The translations under genes and the position numbers were made by a program. The notes under the pieces were generated by a model that made no database searches, was not told the origin of the DNA, and was given only the letters and a program-made list of their open reading frames with translations. A stretch of 64,000 nt of DNA from Octopus vulgaris (Eukaryota): the NCBI GenBank assembly GCA_951406725.2, contig OX597832.1, positions 47,492,001-47,556,000 of the forward strand, read 5' to 3'. Positions 27,348 through 41,758 of the stretch are shown here, one piece after another. Numbering within the stretch: position 1 is the first letter of the stretch; every line of letters starts with the position of its first letter.

Positions 27348-27883
27348 TGTGTGTATGTGTGTGTGTGTGTGCATGCATGCATGTACGTATACAAGCATAT
27401 ACGAAACATATATATTTATGTATATACAATATATATGATACGTATATACACACATAAATATAAATATAAATATATATATGTATAATTTATATATATATAT
27501 AGATAGATAATGCTCAAGGTTAAAGCTTGCTTAATTACGCCCAATGCAGTATATTCTCATGAATAATAACACTTAAATCAGTTTTCTTATTGTTTCAAAT
27601 AGTTTAAATGAATAAATTCTCACTGCATTATATATATATAGGTAAGTGTATGTGAATGAGTGTATCTGCAGGTTTACATGCGCGCGTGTGTGTGTGAGAG
27701 AGAGAGACAGAGACAGACAGACAGACAGGGACCTAATGAGAAAAAGATGGGCGAGAGTATTTTGTGCTTTGTTTTTAATTCATTGTTTTAATTCATTAAT
27801 TCTCACAGGACCATATACTTGATTAACAGGCTCTATGGGTGGTTATTTGGCATCGAAAGATGTGCTTAAATTGGTTGGATTAT

Positions 27884-27934
<51 letters not shown>

Positions 27935-28469
27935 CGTATATATGCGACACGGGTTCGTATATTTGCACTGACACATTTATGTGTTTACATAATAGGGTAA
28001 GAACATAAAAGTTTCCCTAACCTTGATTGCGCTTACGTCACGAAACAACAATAACAAGAGAAACAAAGGGGATGAGAAAGGTAAGGAAGGAGGAAGAGAG
28101 AGAGAGAGAGAGAAAAAAAAAAGAAAGACAAGCAGAAACAGGCAGACAAAGAGAAAGAGAAAGAGAGAGAGGGGGGGCGATTGATCGATGAGATAACTGG
28201 ATGGTGAGACATTCAACGAATTAAAGTATATTGGCATCAAATTTTAGCACGAGGCCAGCAGCTTTGGGAGAGGTGGGGTCAAATCGATTGCATCGGTCCC
28301 ATTGCTCAATTGGTACTTATTTTATCGACCCCCGAAGGGATGAAAGGCAAAATCGACCGCGGTGGAATTTGAACTCAGAACGCAGAGCATTCTGCACGGC
28401 GTGCTAACGATTCTACTAGCTTTCCGCCTCATCTAAGTAAAGAATATTGATCGATACGCGAGGCCACAA

Positions 28470-29200
28470 AGGCGGTGAGCTGGCAGAGACGTTAGCACGC
28501 TTGGTCAAATACTCAGCGGCATTTCGTCTGTCTTTGTGTTCTGAGTTCAAATTCCACCGAGGTCGATTTTGCCTTGCATCCTTTCGGGGTCGATAAATTA
28601 AGTACCGGTTACGCACTGGGGTCGATATAATCGACTTAATCCGTTTGTCTGTCCTTGTTTGTCCTCTCTGTGTTTAGCCCCTTATGGGTAGTAAAGAAAT
28701 AGGTATTTCGTCTGCCGCTACGTTCTGAGTTCTAATTCCGCCGAGGTCAACTTTGCCTTTCATTCTTTCGGGGTCGATAAATTAAGTACCAGTTTCGCAC
28801 TGGGGTCGATATAATCGACTTAATCCGTTTATCTGTCCTTGTTTGTCCTCTCTGTGTTTAGCCTCTTGTGGGTAGTAAAGAAATAGGTATTTCGTCTGCC
28901 GCTACGTTCCGAGTTCAAATTCCGCAAAGGTCAACTTTGCCTTTCATTCTTTCGGGGTCGATTAAATAAGTACCAGTTACGCACTGGGGTCGATATAATC
29001 GACTTAATCCGTTTGTCTGTCCTTGTTTGTCCCCTCTGTGTTTAGGCCCTTGTGGATAGTAAAGAAATAGGTATTTCGTCTGCCGCTACGTTCTGAGTTC
29101 AAATTCCGCCGAGGTCAACTTTGCCTTTCATCCCTTCGGGGTCGATAAATTAAGTACCAAATGTGAACACTGGGGCCAATGTAATCGACTTGTCCCCTTC
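28470..29200 (+). mobile_element. SINE family B, head-to-tail array of 184-bp units
   Basis: Head aaggcggtgagctggcag; the junction aagaaata|ggtatttcgtc recurs at 28702, 28886 and 29070. Confidence 0.9.
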
Positions 29201-29792
29201 CCTGAAATTACTGTTCTTCTACCATAATTTGAAATCAATCTACCCACCATGTAATACTGAAAGCAATCTTTTATTAAATAATCTTTAATATTTCTTTTAG
29301 TAGGATTCTTTAAGCATTACATCAAATCTAATATACTCATTTTACAAGCCTCAGCCACCCGACTGCGGCCATGCTAGATTGGAAGTGTTATCATGTACGT
29401 TGTTTTGTCTCGGTATAAAAGATGGGCTACAGCAAATATTCTGCTCAATACCACAGATTTGCTTGTCAGTTGTTTGACCTTAACCAGTTGAGCATGTCCC
29501 TTAGTGGCTGACGATATGAGCACCTCTGATCACGAGCAGAAGTAGTGGGGGAGCATCATAGCCATGTGTTGAGAGGGATTCTTTGGGGTTTTAATAATTC
29601 ACCTTTGGAAGCATGGGTGTTTCATTCAACATCCTTAAACAACCTTTATTCCCATGCATTCAATGTAAGTTTAATCCGAGAATAAAGTATTCAACGTCAC
29701 CATCGGAAGGGCGTAGAAGAATCGTGTGAGAGCGCATTAATAGGAAGATCAACAACAAAAGACGGGCAAACCAATAAAACTTCACTATACGT

Positions 29793-29868
<76 letters not shown>

Positions 29869-30168
29869 CACATATATATATATTTATACATATATATACG
29901 CACACACACACGCTTACATAAATGGCACCAGACATCTGGCACTTCTGTACAGAGTGGGAATCTAGCCTTATACGCCCGTTTTGAACAATAACGAAGTTCA
30001 TTTAAATAAAAATTAATCTTTTTGGTTTCATAATTAGTCATGAGAATATAGCTCGAATGTTTTACTCCCAAGTTTTCATTTAACCTTGAACATACATACA
30101 TATATACTAATACAATTGCTTGTTGTCCATACACCTGTCTTCGTCTTCTGTTTTTCTCTAAATTTCAG

Positions 30169-30225
<57 letters not shown>

Positions 30226-30295
30226 TATTGCTTGTTGTACATACACCTGTCTTCGTCTTCTGTTTTTCTCTAAATTTCATATATATATATATATA

Positions 30296-30686
30296 GTGGC
30301 AGTATCGCCCGGCGTTGCTCGGGTTTGTTTCGACCCTTTAGAATTGGAAATTTTGAAAAGTAAAAATTTTGCATTATGTAGCTTGTTATTCTCTTCAAGT
30401 GAACATTTTTCTGGTTGAAATACACCGAAAAGTGGCGACACAGCAGCGAAAAAATCGTAAAAAATAGGGATGTTCATAGAAAAAAAGCACCTTTTTGATG
30501 TAAATAATTTTTGGTGTTAACATGGTCCGATTTGAATTTATCTTCAACGGAAGGAAGAGCAAGCCTTCTTCTATCATACTCTCAATTTTGGTCAACTTGC
30601 GCCGCAGGGTCTCGGAGGAGATAGTGTTAGTTGAAGGCTACCAAACCTGCCGCACATAGACAACTTCAGCTTTATATAGAGAAAGA
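30296..30686 (-). mobile_element. Non-autonomous Helitron-like element
   Basis: The minus strand starts with TC-tttctctatataaag and ends with a GC hairpin (cccgagcaacgccggg) about 10 nt before a degenerate CTAG-equivalent terminus. Confidence 0.6.
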
Positions 30687-30706
30687 TAACACACACACAT
30701 TAATAC

Positions 30707-30737
<31 letters not shown>

Positions 30738-31363
30738 TGTATGTATGGATGGATGTATGGATGTATATATGTACATCTGTCCACTTCTTGCCATATTTTT
30801 ATCCTTCACTTCCTACACACACACACACACACACACTCTCTCTCTCACACACACACACACGCACACACACACACATAAACACACACACACCTTCTTAGCT
30901 TACAATTTCTTTCTTTCAACAATTGACAACTGAAGTACGCTCGCCAATGAATACTACCAAAAGTTAGCGACAGATCTCTGTTTCCTTCTTCTTTTTAGGA
31001 TTAGTTTAAGCATTAATAAGAGAAAGTAGCAGAATGTGTGATGTTGAATAAGAGTTGCAGAAAGAGGATATGATAGTGGTATACACTTGCAAAGAGAAAG
31101 TAGGAGAACGTGTGGTAATAGCAGGAGTAATGCATTTGAAATGAGAGAGGCAAATCATAAAATATTGAGTTTTCTCGAATTTTTGCTTAATTGGGGGTGA
31201 AATTGAAAAAAATGTATATGCCATGACCCAATCGAATCTACTTCGAAAAATCATAGGTAAATTCCAATTGAAGAAATTCTATATTGTACAATTGTATTAA
31301 AAAGAAACATAGTCACAAGCAGAGAAAATCTGCCTTTTATCATAAGAGATATACATATATATT

Positions 31364-31416
<53 letters not shown>

Positions 31417-31542
31417 ATACATATATGTATATGTATATATAGTTACATGCGTTTATTTATTGGAAGCATCTTTGGAGCAAAATCTCGAAACGTCAATGCA
31501 CCCAAGAACCTTATAGTCCTAAACTAAATACAAAATAAAGAT

Positions 31543-31848
31543 CCGTGGCTTAGTGGTTAGGGTACTTGGCTTACGATCGTAAAGTCGTGAGTTCAATTCC
31601 CGGTGATGCGTTGTGTCCATGAGCAAGATACTTTATTTCGCGTTGCCCCTGTCCACTCAGCTGGCAAAAATGAGTAGTATGTGTATTTCAAACGGGCCAG
31701 CCTCGTCACATTCTGTGTTACGCTGAATTTCCCTGAGAACTGTCTTTAGTGCAAACGTGTCTGTGGAGTGCTCAGCCACTTGCACGTTAATTTCGCAGCT
31801 GGCTGTTCCGTTGATCGGATCAATTGGAACCCTCGTCGTCGGAGTGCC
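31543..31848 (+). mobile_element. SINE family C (second head type, tail type 1)
   Basis: Matches the 2673 copy. Confidence 0.8.
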
Positions 31849-31985
31849 AAATACAAAATGCTAATTAAGAAATATGAATTCTGGAAAACCTTCAAGAATA
31901 ATAAACCCCACTCTCCCACAAAGCTGACACTGTTATATCTTCTACAGAGTTTGCATATATGTGTGCTTACCAGTGTGTGTGTGTG

Positions 31986-32029
<44 letters not shown>

Positions 32030-32189
32030 GTGTGTATTTATGTTTAAAAGTTGATGGAAGGAAATTTTGGGCCTCAATAGTTTTATATAAGTTTCCTATG
32101 ACAAGATTTTCACAATTTGGACTAATGAGCACTTCAATGCATTCTTTTAGTAAAAATAAAAACACTATACACACATACACACACATGCG

Positions 32190-32222
<33 letters not shown>

Positions 32223-32331
32223 ACACACACAAATATATATGTATTGTGTATGTTTATATATATTATATATGTTTATATACATATATTATGCATGTTTATA
32301 TATAAATATATATATACATATGCATATATAA

Positions 32332-32401
<70 letters not shown>

Positions 32402-32569
32402 CCTTCACACGTGTTTATTTTCAAGCGTAAATAAGACACCCAGGAATGCAACATAAGCACAAATACGAAGACAAACAATCGGACTTTATCAGTGAACGGA
32501 CCTATAATGTATATTCTTCTGTCCTGTCTTTTACTCCCTGTCTCTCCCTCAATATACATTTATGCACGC

Positions 32570-32584
32570 GCGCATATATGTATG

Positions 32585-32639
<55 letters not shown>

Positions 32640-32861
32640 CATATATATATACATATATGTATACATATATGTATACATATATATACATATTTATTTACAT
32701 ATATATATACATATATATACATATATATATACATATATATATACATATATGTATACATATATATACATATTTATTTACATATATATATATACATATATAT
32801 ACATATATATATACATATATATATGTATGTATATATATATGTATATATATATATGTATATA

Positions 32862-32934
<73 letters not shown>

Positions 32935-32953
32935 GTATATATATATAAGTATG

Positions 32954-33028
<75 letters not shown>

Positions 33029-33230
33029 ATATATATATATATATATTTATGTATATATATATATGTGTGTATGTATAAATATATTATGTAAATGCGGATG
33101 TATATATATGTGTGTGTGTGCTTGTGTATATATTTTTGTGCATGTGTGTGTGCGTTTCTGTGTGTGTTTGTGTATGCGTGTGTTTGTATATGTGTGTGTG
33201 TGTGCGCGCGTGTGTATGTGTACGTGTGTA
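32570..33230. repeat. Compound (TA)n/(TG)n microsatellite
   Basis: Read directly. Confidence 0.95.
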
Positions 33231-33438
33231 CAGAATATAATATCACTACCACAGCTTCTCTATCTTTTTCGGTAAGTGCTCACCAAAACTAAGAAACATT
33301 ATTTATTAATTATAATAGAGTTGTTTGCTGAGTGTTTGTATAATAGATTAGGGGATAAAGCGGATTTTATCGAAATTCTTAAAATGTATTTCGTACAAAG
33401 ATATATTTGTGTGTGTGTGTGTACTATGTGTGTGTACG

Positions 33439-33509
<71 letters not shown>

Positions 33510-33510
33510 T

Positions 33511-33741
33511 ATCGTGACGAATATTTGCCATTTGAATATGGCTAACCCATAAGGGTGGATGCTACTGTAGTTTGTAGCCCCAGGAAGACACCTCCTCCCG
33601 CTGGCTATAGACACACTATCTGTGTCCTCTCAGTATTGTGTCTATAGCCAGCTGGAGGAGATATCTTCCTGGGGCTACAAACTACAGTAGCATCCACCCT
33701 TATGGGTTAGCCATATTCAAATGGCAAATATTCGTCACGAT
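33511..33741. repeat. Long inverted duplication (hairpin)
   Basis: ~95-bp near-perfect arms and a short loop, embedded in (TA)n. Confidence 0.92.
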
Positions 33742-33785
33742 GTGTTACCGCTACTGTTTATAACTCGCTCTTTGATTTATCATTG

Positions 33786-33870
<85 letters not shown>

Positions 33871-33874
33871 CGAC

Positions 33875-34620
33875 ATGAGTGAAGATACCTCTTTCCAAGT
33901 GCACATTACCAGGATGGCGACAAAATGCAGACGACTGGCTGGATGGATCCTAAGAACATTCAGAACCAGAGATAAAGAAACCATGATGGTCCTCTGGCGG
34001 ACATTCGTCCTCAGCCGACTGGATTACTGCTCACAGCTATGGTCACCCACCAGTGTGAAATTAACAGCAGACCTTGAAGCAATCCAGAGAAGATACACAA
34101 AGAAGATCGTCTCTTTGCAACAGCTCAGCTACTGGGAAAGGTTGAAACAGCTAAGACTCTACTCCCTGGAGAGAAAACGGAAGAGGTATGCAGTAATATA
34201 TGTCTGGAAGATCCTGGAAGGAACTGTGCCAAATTTTTGCATTTTAAGCTACACCAATGCTAGAACGGAACGACACTGCATAGTGCCAAAGATCCCAGCA
34301 ATGCCATCACGCTTCAGGACCAGCTTCTGCAACAGCCTGGGTTTCAAGGGCCCACAGCTTTTTAATATTCTCCCAAAGAGTCTGAGGAACTTGCACAAAA
34401 TAGATGTAGCGGTTTTTAAATCAAAGCTGGACATCTTCCTGTCGAGAGTCCCAGATGAACCTACCTCACGGCAAGAGGTGCAAATGAGAGTAGCTATATC
34501 AAACTCCATTCTTCACCAAGTGCCCCATTATTAGAGGAGGTTCTTCGTAATAACAGTGTAGCACAAAACGGCGGTGCATCAGCATGGCCGCAGCTCTGAG
34601 CTGAAACAAGAAGAAAAAAA
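33875..34620 (+). mobile_element. CR1/L2-group LINE 3' fragment (RT C-terminus ORF 33875-34534, 3' UTR and tail)
   Basis: 219-aa ORF with ILRTF..VLSRLDYCSQLWSP..LEAIQRR..YWERLKQLRLYSLE..GPQLFNILP..FKSKLD motifs; 5'-truncated at (TA)n. Confidence 0.92.
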
Positions 34621-35848
34621 TATATATATATACATATATTGGTAAAAACGGTAAGATAACAAAAGAAAGAAAGTGACCTCGATATTATGTAAATAGAGGA
34701 ATTTATCTGTAAATGTAATATGTGACAATTATTCGGTAGCCAAGATAAAACTCTGAGTTTCGATGGCCGGATAATTGAAAAGATGGTGACGTGGATTTAC
34801 ACCACCGCTTAACTTGTTTGGGTTTGTTTACGTCCCCGTTACTTAGCGTTTCGGTAAAAAGAGGCTGATTTGATAAGTATGAAACTTAAAAGAAACCCTG
34901 GACTCGATTTTTTTTTCATTATTTTATTCCCAGACCCTGTAGTCCAATGACTAAAACGAGTAAAAGATTAAAAAGATATAAGATAAAGAATGTAGTTCCG
35001 TTGGTTTCTGTTTATTCCATTCCACCACGTGACGTCCTAATTACAACTTGGTCAAGCACGACTCTGAAATTTAGCCAGCTGCCAGACTTCTTACGGTCAA
35101 GAAGCAAGAAGTAGGTGTTGACAATAAAGTTTCCATTACTTGAGCGTCGTAATCCGTCAAAGAGATAAACAGATTGTGGATGAAAGAAAATCAATTTCTA
35201 AAACCTTTTCACGCCATGAAAACGTTATGGTTAACATTTCCAGTTTAATGCCACAGAAACTGTTGAACTTTATTTTTATTATATATATAGACAGAAGTTG
35301 ATTTCTGTTGCTCTAAGACTTCTATTTTCATCATCACCATCAGCAGCAGCAGTAGCAGCAGCAGTAGCAGCAGCAGCATCTTCACCGCTGCCGCTGCCAT
35401 CACCACAGCGTTGCCACCGACGACGTGGCATTTTGAATTCATGCATGTTTCCCAACATGGACCAACGTGACCGTCTGATTGAGCATCAAAAGATATTGTA
35501 AACATTCGTGAAACTTAAAACCGTAAATTTACATAGGTAAATACCACAAGGTATCTTGTCTGGTGATCTACTGATTTTGATTCAGGAAAATTACAAAAGT
35601 AATTACAATACTAATTTGCGAAAGGGTTAATAATTTATCGAATAGTGTTGTGCCTGATAATGGTTTCAAACTTTGGCAGAAGGCCAGCAATTTCTGGAGA
35701 GGTGGTAAGTTGATTACATCGATACCAAGTGCTTGTGTGATACTTATTCTATCGATCCCGAAAAGATGAAAGGCAAAGTCGACCTGTGCGGATTTTGACC
35801 TCAGAACATAAAAACGAACGAAATACCGCCAAACATTTTACCCGGTAT

Positions 35849-36250
35849 ACTCTTTTACTCTTTTACATGCTCCAGTAATTTAACTGCGGCCATGCTGGGG
35901 CACCGCCTTTAGTCGAGCAAATCGACCCCGGGACTTATTCTTTGTAAGCCCAGTACTTATTATATCGGTCTCTTTTGCCGAACCGCTAAGTGACAGGGAC
36001 GTAAACACACCAGCATCGGTTGTCAAGCGATGTTGGGGGGACAAACACAGACACACACATACATATATATATATATATACATATATACGACAAGCTTCTT
36101 TCAGTTTCCGTCTACCAAATTCACTCACAAGACATTGGTCGGCCCGGGGCTATAGCAGAAGACACTTGCCCAAGATGCTACGCAGTGGGACTGAAACCGG
36201 AACCATCTAGTTGGTTAGCAAGCTACTTACCACACAGCCACTCCTGCGCC
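35849..36250 (-). mobile_element. SINE family A
   Basis: Reverse-complement full-length match. Confidence 0.9.
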
Positions 36251-36780
36251 TTACGATTCTTTTCTACTTTAGGTACAAGGCCTGAAATTTGGGGGGAGGG
36301 GGCCCAGTCGATTAGATCGACCCCAGTATGCAACTGGTACTTAATTTATCGACCCCGAAAGGATGAAAGGCAAAGTTGACCTCGGCAGATTTTGAACTCA
36401 AAACATAAAATCGAACGAAATACCGCTAAGCATAGGCCGCCACATTCATTGTGTTTAATAATACACATGACTCTGTTGCTAGTCTAGAAAAATGCGATTA
36501 AGGCGTTGGTAAGAAACGTAAAATGAAATTAAGCTGTATTTTCCTTGACCCTTAGCAAACGCACTAATGAAAAATCTGTCAAGTGCTTTAGATTTAGTAT
36601 ACATGTAAATACACGTGTGTAGATGCTTTCAGACATACATACATACATACATACAAGCACACTCACACACACATACACACACATGCATGCTGATACTTAT
36701 ATGAGCGTAAATACTAGGATGCTGATATATGAGTGTCTGGCATGTATCAATAAAATATACTAATGTCGGTGTGAATCATA

Positions 36781-36823
<43 letters not shown>

Positions 36824-36858
36824 GTGTGTGTATGTATGTATGTTTGTATGTATATATG

Positions 36859-36914
<56 letters not shown>

Positions 36915-36957
36915 GAGAGAGAGAGAGATGTGTGTGTACGTACGTGTGTTTATATAT

Positions 36958-37049
<92 letters not shown>

Positions 37050-38112
37050 AGAATTCGCAAAAAAAAGCAAAAGACGAAGACAGGTGGTGTAGACAACAAA
37101 CAGATGTATTAGTATAACGCTCGGGAAGTGAAAAAGTCTTTAATGTTTCGAACCTATGCTCTTCCACAGAAATGAACACAGAAAGAAACAAGGAGAGAAA
37201 ATAAAGAATGTGTACAAAAAAAGTTTAGAAAATATTAAAAAAGTTACGAAAAGTTCAAAAGGTTCAAAAGTTTCAGACGTCGTGGTGTATTGGGGCGATT
37301 TTTCATCAACAGAGGAGTGCAGTGTAATCCATAGACAGGAGAGGTGCAGGTAGAGTGTAGAAAGTCCAGTAGAAGTGGTGGTGGTGCTGGTGGCGGTAGA
37401 CGTCGTCGTTGTCGTCGTAGGGCGGGCGATATGTGTGCGTGTGTGTGTGACGGAGAGAGAGAAAGAATATGACACAGACATGGCCGCGTAGTTTAGAACA
37501 ACTAAGGATAATAATTCTGTTTTAATTATTTATGTTTGCATTTTTATAAAATAAAACTTTCAAGTCTCCTGTTTTCGTGAATGTCTTGCTTATTGTTTCT
37601 TTGGGGTTTTTTTTTTGTTTCTTGTTGTTGCAGTTGATGTCGTTTTTGCAAGATTCTTGATATGAAATCGCATGTTGTAACAGATGTTGGTTTTGTATAG
37701 GTGTCATTTTTGCCATTAAGAAACATACACACTAGTTCTAATTCACCGCTTTTTTCTCATCAATATTAACCATCAAGTGAAGGGCAGTGAGCTGGCTGAT
37801 GCCGTTAGCACGCAGAGAGGTTGTTTGTCTCTGCAAGGAACCTCAGAGACTTTATTAGCAAAAGCATGATACGTTCTGCCAAATTATAATTGCTTCCAAG
37901 TAAGAGCTGTAGTTTTTAGTTTATGGTTCTAAATTACAATTTTCTGGAGCTTATCTTATAACAAACAGACCGTATACTCATCACAGAACGAATGCCTTGC
38001 GTTAGTTGTTCCGAATCTCTGTGCTCGAAGTTCGAATCCCGCTGAGATTTATTTTAATTTTCATCTTTCCTGGTTCAAAACTAAAAGTACCAGTCAATTA
38101 TTAGATTCAATT

Positions 38113-38144
<32 letters not shown>

Positions 38145-38611
38145 CCTCTCTCCCTCTTTCTCTCCCTTCCTCTTTCTCTTGGAACCGGCTACATTGCGTT
38201 GAGAGGAGGGTCGAGGAACTCTCACCGAGTTCCTACAGAAAATGAAAATTTAAGTGAGAATTTGAGTAAGAAAAACTGAAGTGTTACTTGAATTGTCTAA
38301 TGGCAGGCCTGTGTGCAACACAGCACAGAACGAGAAATTAAGAAAAAATTTATTGTAAACCAAGAAGCAGCCGAGCCTTGATTGATAAAGTGGAATAAGG
38401 CCTTAAGACCTATGCGCAGGCTCGGTTATGATATTTTAAAGAAGACTAACCACTGAAAACTTGCAATACGCTTGTTACGACGCTAACGTCATTATCCAAG
38501 AGAAAAGCCACCACCTTGGGTCGATACATTGATAGAAGGGGAAAATTAGGAAATTTACCTATATATATATGTGTGTATGTGTGTGTGTGTGCGCGCGTGT
38601 ATGTATGTATG

Positions 38612-38676
<65 letters not shown>

Positions 38677-39250
38677 CATACTTACTTACATACATAGATG
38701 GTGTGTCTGTATGTCCAGCTGGGCAAACCTATGATCTTAAACACTCCAATAATGACCACACTGTTTGGATTTCATACATAATGTATTTACGAACTCATCT
38801 CATTATCAAATGTGATCTTCAGAGGAAAATGAGACTGCTGTGTCTAGCAGGTTACGCGACCACGAAAGGCTTCTTGTTTGCGCATGCGTGTGGTGTCTCT
38901 CTATCTGTTTGTCATTTTAAAATTTCTTTAGCTGAAACAGTTGACACTTCTCACTAGAACGGTGTTCTTCACAGTCTACTAAATAGGTAAAAAAAAAATA
39001 TTGTTTATATTTTTCATGTTTCGTACACGTCTTATGCCCACAGAAACACCTTGTGTAAATGTAAGCAAGCATTCAACATTTAATCCCAAGTTAACCATCA
39101 ATAGTATTTCATTAATAGAAACTACGAACCTAGGGCTTCAGTGAATAGAACAGGCGTTATTGTTTGGACTATGGAGAATTTAACGAATGTTAATACCAGG
39201 ACGTTGACCAGGCTTCGACTTGTTTAGAGTCCTAAGAGTGTTGGACAGAA

Positions 39251-39630
39251 GTGGAGGCGCAATGGCCCAGTGGTTAGGGCAGCGGGATCGCGGTCGTAGG
39301 ATCGCAGTTTCGATTCCCAGACCGGGCATTGTGAGTGTTTATTGAGCGAAAACACCTAAAGCTTCACAAGGCTCCTGCAGGGGGGGGGTGAACCCTGCTG
39401 TACTCTTTCACCACAACTTTCTCTCACTCTTTCTTCCTGTTTCTGTTGTACCTGTATTTCAAAGGGCCAGCCTTGTCACACTCCGTGTCACGCTGAATCT
39501 CCTCGAGAACTACGTTAAGGGTAGACGTGTCTGTGGAATGCTCAGCCACTTGCACGTTAATTCCACGAGCAAGCTGTTCCGTTGATCGTATCAGCTGGGA
39601 CCCTCACCGTCGTAACCGACGGAGTGCTCC
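39251..39630 (+). mobile_element. SINE family C (tRNA-Arg-like head, tail type 1)
   Basis: A/B-box head tggcccagtggttagg..gtttcgattccc; tail cgtcgtaaccgacggagtgc. Confidence 0.88.
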
Positions 39631-40442
39631 TAATTGGACAGAACAACTAGAAATTTTTGACCTGATTCTCTGTGCTCTAATTTCAAATTCTACCAAAGAC
39701 AACCTTGTTGTTCAACCTTTCAAGGTTCATTAAATAAAGTCCTAGCCCGTGGCGGTTGATTGACAGAACCGTTAGAGTATTGGGCAAAATGCTGAGCAGT
39801 ATCTAATCAAGTTCTGAGTTCGAATCCCCTCCAAGACAACCTTGCATTTCATTCTTTCTAAGGTTCGTAACTAAAGTATCAAACAATTCTGGATTGACAG
39901 AATGGTTAGATCGCCGGAAAAAATATTTTGCAGCGCTTCGAGTTCAAATCCTGCAGCGGCCAAACTTGCTTACCATACTTCAGAATTCGATAAAATAAAT
40001 TTCAATCAAGAAGTTGGACTCATCTAATCGACTGTTCACCAAACATTACTGACACTATGTTAGAAGATACTCTTTTCTACTCTAGGCACAAGGCCCGAAA
40101 TTTTGTGGGGAGGGGGTCAGTCGATTAGATCTATCCTAGTACGCAAATGGTACTTAATTTATCGACCCCGAAAGGATGAAAGGCAAAGTCGACCTCAGCG
40201 GAATTTGATCGCAGAACAATTACGTATATCAAGGACTATAATGTCCGTCGAGGTCTCTAAAAAAATCGGTTTGAGGGTGATTTCACAGCTATTTCTAGTG
40301 GTCGAGTGACCGCATGGATGTACCTTCGTTGACTCGTAGTGGTATTGACGGTATTGATGATGATAATGCGCTGCTGTTGAAAGTAGAAGATAAAGCGGGG
40401 GGGGAGCTTATGGTGGCGGCGGTGGTGGTGGTGGTGTGTGTC

Positions 40443-40506
40443 TGAGAGAGGGAGAGAGAGAGAGAGAAAGAAAGAGAGAGAGAGAGAAAGAAAGAGAGAG
40501 AGAGAG

Positions 40507-40546
<40 letters not shown>

Positions 40547-40564
40547 AAGAGAGAGAGAGAAGAA

Positions 40565-40621
<57 letters not shown>

Positions 40622-40779
40622 AGAAAGAGAGAGAGAGAAAGAGAGCAAGAGAGAGAGAGCAAGAGAGAGAGAGAGAAAGAAAGAGAGAGAGAGAAAGAGA
40701 GAAGAGAGAGAGAGCAAGAGAGAGAGAGAAAGAGAGCAAGAGAGAGAGAGCAAGAGAGAGATAGAAAGAGAGATAGAGA
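40443..40779. repeat. (GA)n polypurine tract
   Basis: Read directly. Confidence 0.95.
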
Positions 40780-41109
40780 GCACGATGCTATCTGGGAACG
40801 AAAATATTAAAAAAAAAGAAACCAAAGCGACGACCGAAAGTTATGTTTGGTGATTTATTAGCAGCCGAATGCCATGATCCCATACAGCAGCGAATTACAA
40901 CTGCACTTCCTCACATTACTAACGACGTGTTACAATTAGCAAATACACGAATAAAAACTTTTATTTTGATCCGTCCAGTTTATTTAAGTTTTTGGACAGA
41001 AATACCCTTTCGGTTGATGATTGATGGGATTTCGGTTGTTGCTGTTGCCGCTGCTACAGTAATTGTTGTTGCTGGTGTTGTTGTTGTTGTTGCTGTTGCT
41101 GTTGTTGTT

Positions 41110-41468
41110 GAGCGAACAGTCTTCGTCCCAGAGCTCGCAAGATGGGAGAAGTCCGAAACGTGGTCCTTTGCTATTCGTAAGACCCGCAGAAGAGAAAGCA
41201 GGTCAACCTCCACCCCGACACCGAGAGCATCGACGGGTGGATAAATGCGCATCCAGGCTCAGCGGTTGCGTAGGAAGTCGGGGACAAGAAACAGGAAGAA
41301 AGAGTGAGAGAAAGTTGGGGCGAAAGAGTACAACAGGGATCGCCACCACCCCCTGCCGGAGCCTCGTGGAGCTTTAGGTGTTTTCGCTCAATAAACACAC
41401 ACAACGTCCGGTCTGGGAATCGAAACCGCGAGTCCACTGCCCTAACCACTGGGCCATTGCGTCTCCAC
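41110..41468 (-). mobile_element. SINE family C (tail type 3)
   Basis: Arg-like head, a different body and an (AAC)n-type tail. Confidence 0.75.
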
Positions 41469-41539
41469 TGTTGTTGCTGCTGCTGCAATTGTGGATGATG
41501 ATGATGATGATGTCAGCGTTGTAGTCTTATTTATCTTGT

Positions 41540-41718
41540 TCGTTTTGCTTGTTTCAGTCGTTAGACTGCGGCCATATTGGGGACCCGCCTTGAAGAATTT
41601 TCAGCACTTAAATTTTGTTAAACCTGGTACTTACTTTATCGGTTCCTTTTTGCTGAACTGCTAAGTTACGGGGACGTAAGCACACTAACACCCGTTGTCA
41701 AGCGGTGGTGGATGAAAA

Positions 41719-41758
<40 letters not shown>

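Noticed and set aside
28470-29200. CRISPR-like or satellite array
   Set aside because: The units are entire 184-bp SINE bodies with no unique spacers, in eukaryotic context.
31465-31500. gcat..ctcGAAACGTCaatgc minimal hammerhead remnant
   Set aside because: The 5' core is unrecognisable (ctttgga); too decayed to support.
39251-39325. tRNA gene
   Set aside because: The tRNA-like head continues into a SINE body, occurs in many diverged copies and lacks a proper acceptor stem and terminator.
40843-41244. 133-aa ORF with a hydrophobic V/A stretch
   Set aside because: The hydrophobic stretch is a (GTT/GCT)n repeat and the C-terminus is antisense SINE sequence.
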